Translations under genes and position numbers: made by a program
The notes under the pieces: model-generated
What the model saw: the letters and a program-made list of their open reading frames with translations, nothing else
Told to the model about the DNA's origin: nothing
The model's database searches: none
From: a virus
Taxonomy: Duplodnaviria; Caudoviricetes
IMG/VR virus record: IMGVR_UViG_3300030708_001627
Coordinates: 1 to 39,019 of that record
Direction: 5' to 3' (one strand)
DNA: 39,019 nucleotides
Shown here: positions 26,600-34,822 of the stretch, in pieces
Layout: each line of letters starts with the position of its first letter
Position numbering within the stretch: position 1 is the stretch's first letter

Positions 26600-27820
26600 T
26601 TATTTCCTAATTTTAAATTTCAAACTAGAACTATCATCACCACTTAATACTCTAAACTTTTTACCGCCAGTATCAACAACAGGTGCGGCAGTTCTTGGAG
26701 ACATATCAATGTTTTTAGCGCTTACAGCACTCTCCTTTATAGCATCTGCTTTACCTTGATCATAAAAATGTTTAACAATTTTATCAATGTTTTTACCAGC
26801 ATATAAAGCTTTGTGATACCCTTTTGCATCTTGCATCATATTATTATCGTCAAGGAACTCTCCTACGAAATTAAATATATCGCTTTGATACTCTTTAACA
26901 TTTTGAACGTCTTTAATATTGTATCTATAAGTTTTTTCTCCAACGTTAAAGTCAAAACCTTTGAAATTATTATTGAATACAGAGTCAGTAGATTTTTGGA
27001 AACGTTCTAACTGTTGTTTTTGGATCTCACTATTAGTGGCTTGTTCTTGTTTGTATGTATTGTAAAATTCTACTGCCTCTTTCTGCTCGCTGGTCAACTT
27101 AGAACCCAACTTGACTTCTTTGTAATACTGATCCTTTAGGCCAGTAAGATGCTTTCGAGCTTTTACAATTTCTTCTTTGAAAGCCAATTTTTTCTTTTTA
27201 ATATCTCTTGGCTCATCAATGTCCTCATCAAACTGAAAAGTATCTTCAATTAAGAAGTTTATTTCTTCCATATTTAAATGAGGCTTAGTCGTTTTATAAT
27301 ATTCTAATAATAAAGCGTTGTCGTCTATATTAGAATAATCCGCGTTTAATCTAGCGTAATCTTCTAGAGTTCCACCTGTATCTTCCATAAACTTAACTAA
27401 ATCTTTTAAGTTTTCTGGTACAACTACTTGCGGTTCAGGTTGTGTTTGCGTTACAGGTTCTTCAATTTTTTCTTCTACAACTTGTTCTTGTTGTATATCT
27501 TCTTCTTTTACCTCTTCAAGAACTACCTCTTCTTCTTTAACTTCTTCGGCAGGCTTTTTAACTTCTTCTTGCTTGTTTTCTTCAGAAACTTCTTTGCTAG
27601 CGTCGGATTCGTCGCGAACAGGTACTTCATCTGTGCTTTGCTCTTGAACGGGCTCATTTTTCTTTTTTAATTTGATTTTAAAATTACCGCCTTCTTGTTC
27701 AACAATTTTAGCTTGAACTTTAGGCGCTTCTTGTTTTTGTTCTTCATTAGAAGTGTTTACAGGTGTTTCTTCTGTTTTTACCTCTTGAATAACATTTTCT
27801 TGTTTTTCAGTGTTTTCCAT
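26600..27820 (-). CDS. Putative capsid scaffolding protein
   Basis: Highly acidic disordered N-terminal third, helical C-terminus; located between portal and MCP. Confidence 0.72.
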   Translation of the reverse strand: MENTEKQENVIQEVKTEETPVNTSNEEQKQEAPKVQAKIVEQEGGNFKIKLKKKNEPVQEQSTDEVPVRDESDASKEVSEENKQEEVKKPAEEVKEEEVVLEEVKEEDIQQEQVVEEKIEEPVTQTQPEPQVVVPENLKDLVKFMEDTGGTLEDYARLNADYSNIDDNALLLEYYKTTKPHLNMEEINFLIEDTFQFDEDIDEPRDIKKKKLAFKEEIVKARKHLTGLKDQYYKEVKLGSKLTSEQKEAVEFYNTYKQEQATNSEIQKQQLERFQKSTDSVFNNNFKGFDFNVGEKTYRYNIKDVQNVKEYQSDIFNFVGEFLDDNNMMQDAKGYHKALYAGKNIDKIVKHFYDQGKADAIKESAVSAKNIDMSPRTAAPVVDTGGKKFRVLSGDDSSSLKFKIRK

Positions 27821-27844
27821 AATATAATATTATATAATTGTTAA

Positions 27845-30256
27845 TTATCTAGGCTCAAATTGCTCTAGTCCAAAACCTCCTAAATTATCAAATCCAGCTG
27901 ATTCAAAATTTTTTGGTCCTGTATCTTTTTTTCTTTGATCAATCATCTCACTTTGTTGAGTTGCTTGTATCTTAGTTCTTTCGTCTTTACGATCTTCTTT
28001 TTGTTTTTCTCTTTGTCTTAAAACATCAGCCTCAACTGTTTTTAATTTCATATTCATTTGAAACTCTAACTCCATTAATTCTTTTTTAATTTGAGCTTCT
28101 CTTTCCATTTTTTGCATTGCAAGCTGCGCTTTAACTTGTTCTATTTGAGCATCTGTTTGAGCTAATGCTTGAGTTTTTTGCATTTCAGCTGCAGCAGCTT
28201 TTTCAGCAGCAGCTGCGTTAGCTTGTGCTTGCGCTTGTATGTTTTGTTGGGCTTGTTGTTGATCTAAAGCTTGTTTAGCTTTTCTTCTTATTTTTAATAA
28301 TTGATTAGCTAGTTTTATATTTCTAACTTCACGTATATCAATAGCGTCTTCTAAATTTATACTATTTTGTTGTAAAGCCATTTGTATATTGTTTTCTAAT
28401 CTAGCTTTTTCTTCTTCATCAGGGGCTAACTCTAAAAATATACCAAAGTCATGTAAATGTAAGCTTGACATTTCTTTCAAAGTAGCTACGTTAAATTTAC
28501 CTAAAGATTTTATAAACGACTCTTTTGTTGGTGAATATTCTATAACATCAGATATTCTCATTGCTATACACTCTGCAGTAGAAAGTGTTATATACAAACT
28601 ACTTTGCAGTATATGTCTTGTAGCTGTGTTACTATTAGCAGCTGCCATTTTTTGTATACCAACTAAAGCGTCTTTATCTGGCATAGTACCGTCTCTAGCC
28701 TCATTTAATCCAGTTACGTCACGCATCATTTGTAGATAATAATTATAAGTTTGTATTAAACTTTGTATTTTACCGCCTTTTGTACTAGAATTTATTTCAG
28801 TAACTGGTCTTATACCTCTGTTCATATCACCATCTTGCGTCATTGATCTACCAATAACACTACCAGTTTGGAAATACATGTTTAAAGCTTCTTGCGGATT
28901 ATAGTTAGTACCATTACCTAAATCTATTTCAGCTAAAGCATCAGCATCTAAATAAACACCATCTGGCACCATTTTAGACATTACTTGTTGTAATTTTAAG
29001 TGTGTAAGTTGTATCATATCTGCAAAACCAGTTATACGACTTACTAAGCTTTCAATACGACCTTCATACATACGTGGGGCGCATATACTATAACTCATTA
29101 CTGCTTTAGTAGTATCAGCTTTAGGTCTTATCATATTTTTCTTCAACTCCCATTTTAAAACTTTATTTGAACCACTACCTAATATTTTAGCGCCTTCATA
29201 TATAACTTCAATAACTCTTTCTACTTTTTCAAAGTCTTCGTTTTTAGGAGGATTAAAACCACCGTCTTTTTTAATAGCTCTTTGACCACCTGTAGCTGTA
29301 TTTTTTACTTTATAAACCTCACTCATATAAGTTTTATATTCAAAATATAAAACGCTTATAGAATTATTATCATCTCCTTTTTTATTAACAACTGTATTTT
29401 TACCATATGAAGCAGAGCTTGTTCTGTATTGTTCTATTTCTTCGTCTGTTAATTCAGGAAATTGTTTTTTAAGCTCATTAGCATAAACATCTTTTACTTC
29501 ACCTACATAATATATATCATCAAAATAAGGTGAATCAGTGTAAGAATAAACTAAATCAGCAGGATCAACATATTCTATTTTAATACCTTCTGACTTATTA
29601 AAAGAGTTTTTTACAGCACCTATACCCAAAGTTACTAAATCATGATTAACTCTTTTAGATAAATACTCATATTTATTAGCGTCAAAAACACTATTAATAG
29701 CTTCTTCTTCAGCTATTTCAATACTTTGCTTATAATCAAGCTGCATATGTAGTTGTAGCTCTTCAGTTGTTTCTGGTAATGTTTCTTGATCAGTTTCATA
29801 TATATCTGCTCCAAACTCTTGTGCCATTTGGTCATTAAAAGCTTTAGCCTCCATGTCTGAAACTATTTTTTCAACATAATCAGTTCTTTCTTTTATAGCA
29901 GCTGGATCTTGTGAGTATGCTTTAATATCGTAAGATCTATCAGCCATACCGTTTACAACTATATCTACAAATTTAGGTATAATAGGAACAGGTTTCCAGT
30001 CTAAATTAAGATACGATAAATCACCATTTATAGATAATTCATCTTTATATTTTTTAATTGACTGCTCACCTCTTGCGTATAGTCTCAGCGCATGAAAAGA
30101 TTCTTTAAAAGTTGAATACCTATTTGAGTTTTCGTTATTACTAAACCACTCGTGCTCAATAGCTGAACCAACTTTAGCGCCATATTCAGCGCTCATCTTT
30201 TCTTCATCACTAACAGCTTGGCTAGGAAAAGAGGTTTTAATACCTTTTTTAATCAT
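27845..30256 (-). CDS. Portal protein
   Basis: 803 aa directly after TerL; PIIPKFVDIVVNG, RDVTGLNEARDG and a long C-terminal Q/A/E/K coiled coil (P22-type barrel). Confidence 0.92.
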   Translation of the reverse strand: MIKKGIKTSFPSQAVSDEEKMSAEYGAKVGSAIEHEWFSNNENSNRYSTFKESFHALRLYARGEQSIKKYKDELSINGDLSYLNLDWKPVPIIPKFVDIVVNGMADRSYDIKAYSQDPAAIKERTDYVEKIVSDMEAKAFNDQMAQEFGADIYETDQETLPETTEELQLHMQLDYKQSIEIAEEEAINSVFDANKYEYLSKRVNHDLVTLGIGAVKNSFNKSEGIKIEYVDPADLVYSYTDSPYFDDIYYVGEVKDVYANELKKQFPELTDEEIEQYRTSSASYGKNTVVNKKGDDNNSISVLYFEYKTYMSEVYKVKNTATGGQRAIKKDGGFNPPKNEDFEKVERVIEVIYEGAKILGSGSNKVLKWELKKNMIRPKADTTKAVMSYSICAPRMYEGRIESLVSRITGFADMIQLTHLKLQQVMSKMVPDGVYLDADALAEIDLGNGTNYNPQEALNMYFQTGSVIGRSMTQDGDMNRGIRPVTEINSSTKGGKIQSLIQTYNYYLQMMRDVTGLNEARDGTMPDKDALVGIQKMAAANSNTATRHILQSSLYITLSTAECIAMRISDVIEYSPTKESFIKSLGKFNVATLKEMSSLHLHDFGIFLELAPDEEEKARLENNIQMALQQNSINLEDAIDIREVRNIKLANQLLKIRRKAKQALDQQQAQQNIQAQAQANAAAAEKAAAAEMQKTQALAQTDAQIEQVKAQLAMQKMEREAQIKKELMELEFQMNMKLKTVEADVLRQREKQKEDRKDERTKIQATQQSEMIDQRKKDTGPKNFESAGFDNLGGFGLEQFEPR

Positions 30257-30258
30257 CT

Positions 30259-32478
30259 TTAAATTATTTGAGATCTCACTCCTTGGTTATTATATTTTTT
30301 AATACCAAGATTAATTGATTTTATTTTTCTTTCTTGTATTGGTTTATAAAGGTTTTTATTACAAGCCATTAAAGCTAGTCCAGAACTTATTGACGCGTCA
30401 AACTTAGTTCTATTGTTTATATCAAACTTAGCCCAGTCTTCTAATGTTCTTTGAAAATACATATCACCGTAACTATCATCTAATTGTCCTACATAGTTTT
30501 CAATATAACTTTCTATAGCTGCAGCATGTGCTTGTTTAATATCTTCACTTGAGTTTGGTATACCACCTATTTCTTTTTCTGTAACTGATAACTTATTCCA
30601 AACTTTATCAGGTCTATTCATTGAATAACCTCTATAACCTCTACGTTTTAAATAATATAAAAGTCTAGGTTTATTATTTTCAGCAAGTATTGGCATACCA
30701 TAAAATACGCAAGCCATTAACACGTCTTCAAAAAATATTTCAGCTGTTTGTGGTCTTGCTACATATTCTAAAAATATTCTATTAGATGGAGCGTTTTCCA
30801 TGCTAAACTTAGTAGCGCCATGTAAAGCTCCATTTGATCCAAGTCTATCAACAGTACCTGATATATCATAGCTATCACATCCAAATGCACCCACGTGTTC
30901 GTTACCAGGAAACTTAACACCGTTTTTAACTATTATTCTGTTTTGCATGTTAACCTCAGGTATCCAACTTATCTTAAATCTACCATTTTTATTTGGCATA
31001 AATTCTACTGTTGTATCTTTTACACCATTGCGCCACTGAAAACTACCTTGAGTTACAAGACCAGACATTTTAATTTCTTCGTTGTAATCTATTTGCTCGT
31101 ATATTTTAGTTAAATTAAATAACGATTGTTTAGTTTCATCTCTGAAAGCGTGTTTTTCTGTTCTTGGAAATTGTCTATAAAATTCATTTAATGAATCTTG
31201 ATCATTTTTTAATCCCTCTACTTCATTATCCCAATAATCTATAACACCTATTTTTATTTCATACCCATCTGGTCCAAAAGTTTTTTTTGTTGGAGTCTCG
31301 AATACAGGTACTCCATAAGTATCAATGTATCCTTCGTAGTTCCATTCCATAGGTATGAACAAAGAATATAGTCCTGAGCTAGTCTGTCCATTGCGGTTTC
31401 TTTTGGTAACATCAGATTCATAGTATAAGTTTTTAAAATTATCTCCACCTTTTTCTAAAGCGTTACTAGTAGAACCCATCATACATTTACCAACTATTCT
31501 ACTACCCAGTCTTAAAGTAGTTTTTGTAACCCTCCAGTTGTTCAAAATATTATTAGGTCTTTCCCATTTACCACTTTCATCATGTACTAATAGTTTTAGT
31601 TTTTCACCATCATAACTATTATCTCCAGTGTTTTTCCAATCAATAGTTGTATCTAATCCTTGTAAATCAGCCTCATCACCACCTTGTTCTATTTTTCTTC
31701 TAGTTAATTTAGAAGCTGGCACTCTATACGCTAATTCTGTTTTAGGTCGATCCATACCATCTTGTATCGGTTTAAAAAAGAAAGGATAATTAACTGATAT
31801 AGGAACAACTTTATCAGTAAACATTTTTTTAGCATCTGGACCGGTCTTAGATAATATACCATAACGTGAATCACTAGATATTGTTGCTAAATTAACAACC
31901 TCACCTGAAGCCATAAAAGAAAATCCAGATCTACGATTTTTAAGATAACACATGCCGTAACATCTATCATCTGCTTTACATGCTTCCCAAAATATATAAA
32001 ATAATCTATTAGACTCTCTAAAATCCGGCTTACCAACGTCAATTTTTGACCATTGTAAGTACATATAATGAGTTCCAGTTATATAGGTAGGTTGTCCATT
32101 ATTATAAAACCAAAACCCTTCTTCACGTCTTTTAAATTCTTCATCAATATATTCAAACCATTTTTCTTTAAATTCAATAGGATATTCTTTCCAGTGAAAT
32201 ATGGTTTTTATTTTTTTAAGATCTTTATCTAATTCAAATATCTCCCAATATTGATCTTCTTTTTTGTTTGATCTTTTATAGATATTTTGTGGTTTTGGTA
32301 AAGCTATTTTTAAATTTTGTATTTCATATACTTCACCTATTTCACCTGTTTTGCTTATAACTACAAAATCATGTTCTTCGTTATAACCATATTGCCATTT
32401 TTTATATCTATTGTTTCTAGCTAAAACTTTAGGTTTAACGTAATCTTTAAGTACTTTTATTAAATCTTGTTGATACAT
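30259..32478 (-). CDS. terL: Terminase large subunit
   Basis: Walker A-like YLKNRRSGFS, Walker B LLVHDESGKW, motif III MGSTSN, RNase H-like nuclease FGCDSYD...LAENN...KFDASIS. Confidence 0.95.
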   Translation of the reverse strand: MYQQDLIKVLKDYVKPKVLARNNRYKKWQYGYNEEHDFVVISKTGEIGEVYEIQNLKIALPKPQNIYKRSNKKEDQYWEIFELDKDLKKIKTIFHWKEYPIEFKEKWFEYIDEEFKRREEGFWFYNNGQPTYITGTHYMYLQWSKIDVGKPDFRESNRLFYIFWEACKADDRCYGMCYLKNRRSGFSFMASGEVVNLATISSDSRYGILSKTGPDAKKMFTDKVVPISVNYPFFFKPIQDGMDRPKTELAYRVPASKLTRRKIEQGGDEADLQGLDTTIDWKNTGDNSYDGEKLKLLVHDESGKWERPNNILNNWRVTKTTLRLGSRIVGKCMMGSTSNALEKGGDNFKNLYYESDVTKRNRNGQTSSGLYSLFIPMEWNYEGYIDTYGVPVFETPTKKTFGPDGYEIKIGVIDYWDNEVEGLKNDQDSLNEFYRQFPRTEKHAFRDETKQSLFNLTKIYEQIDYNEEIKMSGLVTQGSFQWRNGVKDTTVEFMPNKNGRFKISWIPEVNMQNRIIVKNGVKFPGNEHVGAFGCDSYDISGTVDRLGSNGALHGATKFSMENAPSNRIFLEYVARPQTAEIFFEDVLMACVFYGMPILAENNKPRLLYYLKRRGYRGYSMNRPDKVWNKLSVTEKEIGGIPNSSEDIKQAHAAAIESYIENYVGQLDDSYGDMYFQRTLEDWAKFDINNRTKFDASISSGLALMACNKNLYKPIQERKIKSINLGIKKYNNQGVRSQII

Positions 32479-32753
32479 TATTTAGATCTTCCTTCTGCAA
32501 AACCTTTAAAAGTTTTTTGTTTTTTAACTTCCTTAGGTTTTTCATTTAACATATCTTTTTCTTCCTGTATACGTTTAAGTATTTCAAAAGCATCAAATAT
32601 AGCTAGTTTTTTTGTAGCTGCAGCATTTTTTAATCTGTCAGCACTTATATCATCTTCTGAGTCTACAATAGGTTCTTTAGCAACTTTAATAAGTTCGTCC
32701 ACAGCCACTTGCCCAGCTTGGATTATATTCAACTTCGTCTCCTTTGTATTCAT
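32478..32753 (-). CDS. Putative terminase small subunit (91 aa, helical)
   Basis: Likely start MNTKETK at 32753; TAATG-coupled to terL; all-helical with a basic C-terminal tail. Identity inferred from position. Confidence 0.55.
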   Translation of the reverse strand: MNTKETKLNIIQAGQVAVDELIKVAKEPIVDSEDDISADRLKNAAATKKLAIFDAFEILKRIQEEKDMLNEKPKEVKKQKTFKGFAEGRSK

Positions 32754-33306
32754 ATTTAATTGTAATATCATTAGTTCGCATACGGTATAATCTATCATTT
32801 TCAATAATAAATTCATACTCGCTGCTTGGGCTAAACCCTACAAGGCTTCCCTCGTGCACTTTAAAAGCATCTAAGGAACTATTACCATATTTTAGTATAC
32901 CAACACGAGGACGTTCTTTTTCAACTGTTACAAATTGTTTTTTATTTTCAATAGGTTTTACAAAACAAAACTCAAAAGGAGCCTTCCACTCATTATTTTG
33001 TTTGTATAAAAATATTTGATCGTGATAACAGAAATATAAATCTTCTTTAAAATATGAAGAACTATTTTTTTCATCACCTCTTATATTGTAAAACCTTCTA
33101 AAAACATTATGGTGAACTATAACTTCATCACCAACTTTTATATTTGTTTTACCAACTTTAGGCACTGATTTAACAATACCTATCCTGCTAACATACTTAT
33201 GATCGTCCATAGTTGTGTTAACAATAAGTTTGTTACCGTCAACATCAACTTCGTTTTCGTACCTTTTATTTTTTGGTTGTACTATAAAATTAAATAAACT
33301 TTGCAT
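32686..33306 (-). CDS. GroES-like co-chaperonin with two tandem GroES-like units
   Basis: Unit 1: FIVQP...IGIVKSVP...IKVGDEVIVHH. Unit 2: CFVKPI...VGILKYG...VHEGSLVGF...EFIIENDRLYRMRTNDI. Both echo the GroES pattern VLVK...G.VVAVG...VKVGD.V.F...EV.IDGEEYLIM.E.DI. Confidence 0.7.
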   Translation of the reverse strand: MQSLFNFIVQPKNKRYENEVDVDGNKLIVNTTMDDHKYVSRIGIVKSVPKVGKTNIKVGDEVIVHHNVFRRFYNIRGDEKNSSSYFKEDLYFCYHDQIFLYKQNNEWKAPFEFCFVKPIENKKQFVTVEKERPRVGILKYGNSSLDAFKVHEGSLVGFSPSSEYEFIIENDRLYRMRTNDITIKYEYKGDEVEYNPSWASGCGRTY

Positions 33307-33533
33307 TAATACTCTAAATTGTATTCAATTGATATAGCCATGTTAGAATTAAACTTCTTCCATGGTATAACTTCGTCTTCTTTTTTTATAAATATATTAT
33401 ATGAATTATCTTTATTGTCAAATAATATATCGCATATGCAATGTCCTCCGTAGACCTGTTGGCCTACAGAGTAATGCATTGCTTCGTTTTTATAGTCAGT
33501 TCCTATGCTTATTTTTCTAATTAACTTAGCCAT
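33306..33533 (-). CDS. Hypothetical protein (75 aa)
   Basis: TAATG-coupled to the GroES-like gene; beta-rich. Confidence 0.7.
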   Translation of the reverse strand: MAKLIRKISIGTDYKNEAMHYSVGQQVYGGHCICDILFDNKDNSYNIFIKKEDEVIPWKKFNSNMAISIEYNLEY

Positions 33534-33544
33534 AGGAATTATAT

Positions 33545-33811
33545 TTATTCTTTTTCTTCTACTTCTTCTTCTTTTTCTTCTTCAACAACTTCGTAAGTAC
33601 CGTCTTCAAGATTAATATTAATCTTACCGTACTCTTTTTCTAACTCATCTGCAGTTTCTTTTGTTTTCTGCATAACGTTGTTTAAAGCATGAAGTAAATC
33701 ATGTTTTTGTGCTTCTACTGCACCTATATCAGAGATTAATTGACCTCTAACTTTTACTTGTGCTTGAACTTTTTGTAATTGTTCTTCTGTAATTTTTAAT
33801 TCTTTACTCAT
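33545..33811 (-). CDS. Hypothetical acidic coiled-coil protein (88 aa)
   Basis: Heptad pattern followed by YGKININLEDGTY hairpin; AT-rich start context. Confidence 0.7.
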   Translation of the reverse strand: MSKELKITEEQLQKVQAQVKVRGQLISDIGAVEAQKHDLLHALNNVMQKTKETADELEKEYGKININLEDGTYEVVEEEKEEEVEEKE

Positions 33812-33842
33812 AATTTTTGGTTTTGGTTTTAATTAAATTTAA

Positions 33843-34301
33843 TTATTTTTTAAATATACTTGTGGCTTTTTCAGTCGTACGTCCGCCAAAATAGGCTAAG
33901 ACGACCGCCATCATGACCTTCTCAAAAGTATCGTTCCATGTACTATTTATTTGAAACGGTATACTTTCTACACTATCTAAGATACCAGCTAAAGAAAATA
34001 TAACAATACACCATACTAATACTAGCGGGCGTACATTTTTTGACATCCATGAGTCAGACATTGAGTCTGCTTCCCATCTTGATGTTATAGCTTGTAGCTC
34101 TTTATTCTGTTGTTCGTATATTATTTGTTGTAACTTTACTTTATCATCTGCAGGTGCATCTGATTTAGTAATAGCTTCAATAGCTTCTTTTGGTGATGTA
34201 ACACCTTGTAATACGTTTCCTAATGTAGGATTAATTACAGAAGCCGCGCCAAACAATAATTGGCCAACAGTTGTATCTTTGAATTTCTTTTTATTTGCCA
34301 T
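33843..34301 (-). CDS. Holin (3TM, GTA-holin-like family)
   Basis: Likely start MANKKKFKDT at 34301; RWEAD..SDSW.SKNVRPL followed by TM helices and AYFGGRT.EK, the signature of the GTA_holin_3TM family. Confidence 0.82.
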   Translation of the reverse strand: MANKKKFKDTTVGQLLFGAASVINPTLGNVLQGVTSPKEAIEAITKSDAPADDKVKLQQIIYEQQNKELQAITSRWEADSMSDSWMSKNVRPLVLVWCIVIFSLAGILDSVESIPFQINSTWNDTFEKVMMAVVLAYFGGRTTEKATSIFKK

Positions 34302-34524
34302 TTTTTCTACCTCTACGTGCTTCACCTTTTAAAGCATTGTCAATATCATCAATTTGATTACCGACTTCTTTAATAGCTTTTGCTACATCAGCTAGTTCAT
34401 CAGCAGTTAATTTATATCTTTTTTTGATTTCTTTAACTGTTGCAATAGCTTTTTCATCAATAGTTGTTTTGCTCCATAGAGCAACCCACATATCTTTCCA
34501 ATATTGTTTAGTTAATTTCCACAT
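34291..34524 (-). CDS. Hypothetical helical protein (77 aa)
   Basis: Trp-rich amphipathic N-terminus, coiled coil, basic tail; overlaps holin start by 11 nt. Confidence 0.68.
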   Translation of the reverse strand: MWKLTKQYWKDMWVALWSKTTIDEKAIATVKEIKKRYKLTADELADVAKAIKEVGNQIDDIDNALKGEARRGRKNGK

Positions 34525-34527
34525 ATA

Positions 34528-34761
34528 TTATAATTTTAATGCGTCTATTTTAGCTTTTTCATCTACTGATAAGCCAGATACAAATTGTGTAATAGCCATT
34601 TTAAGCTGTATGTGTCTTTCGTTTCTAGCTAATTCATCTACTTCTTCTTCAGTTCTATCTGCTTCTTCAACAGCTCTAATTCTTTCAACAATACCTACTG
34701 AATCAAGTGTAGCTGTTATTTGTTGTGCTAATTCGTCAGCACTCCATGTTTCTTCACTCAT
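34528..34761 (-). CDS. Hypothetical acidic protein (77 aa), possible fibre assembly factor
   Basis: Intact ORF after the tail fibre gene; function inferred from position only. Confidence 0.62.
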   Translation of the reverse strand: MSEETWSADELAQQITATLDSVGIVERIRAVEEADRTEEEVDELARNERHIQLKMAITQFVSGLSVDEKAKIDALKL

Positions 34762-34822
34762 AATTTAATTTTATTTATTGATTATTAATTACTTATATAT
34801 ATTTACTTGTTTTTTTATATTT

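Noticed and set aside
33830-33845. 16-bp perfect palindrome TAATTAAATTTAATTA at the holin stop
   Set aside because: A/T only, in a very AT-rich intergenic context; weak as a hairpin and plausibly chance.
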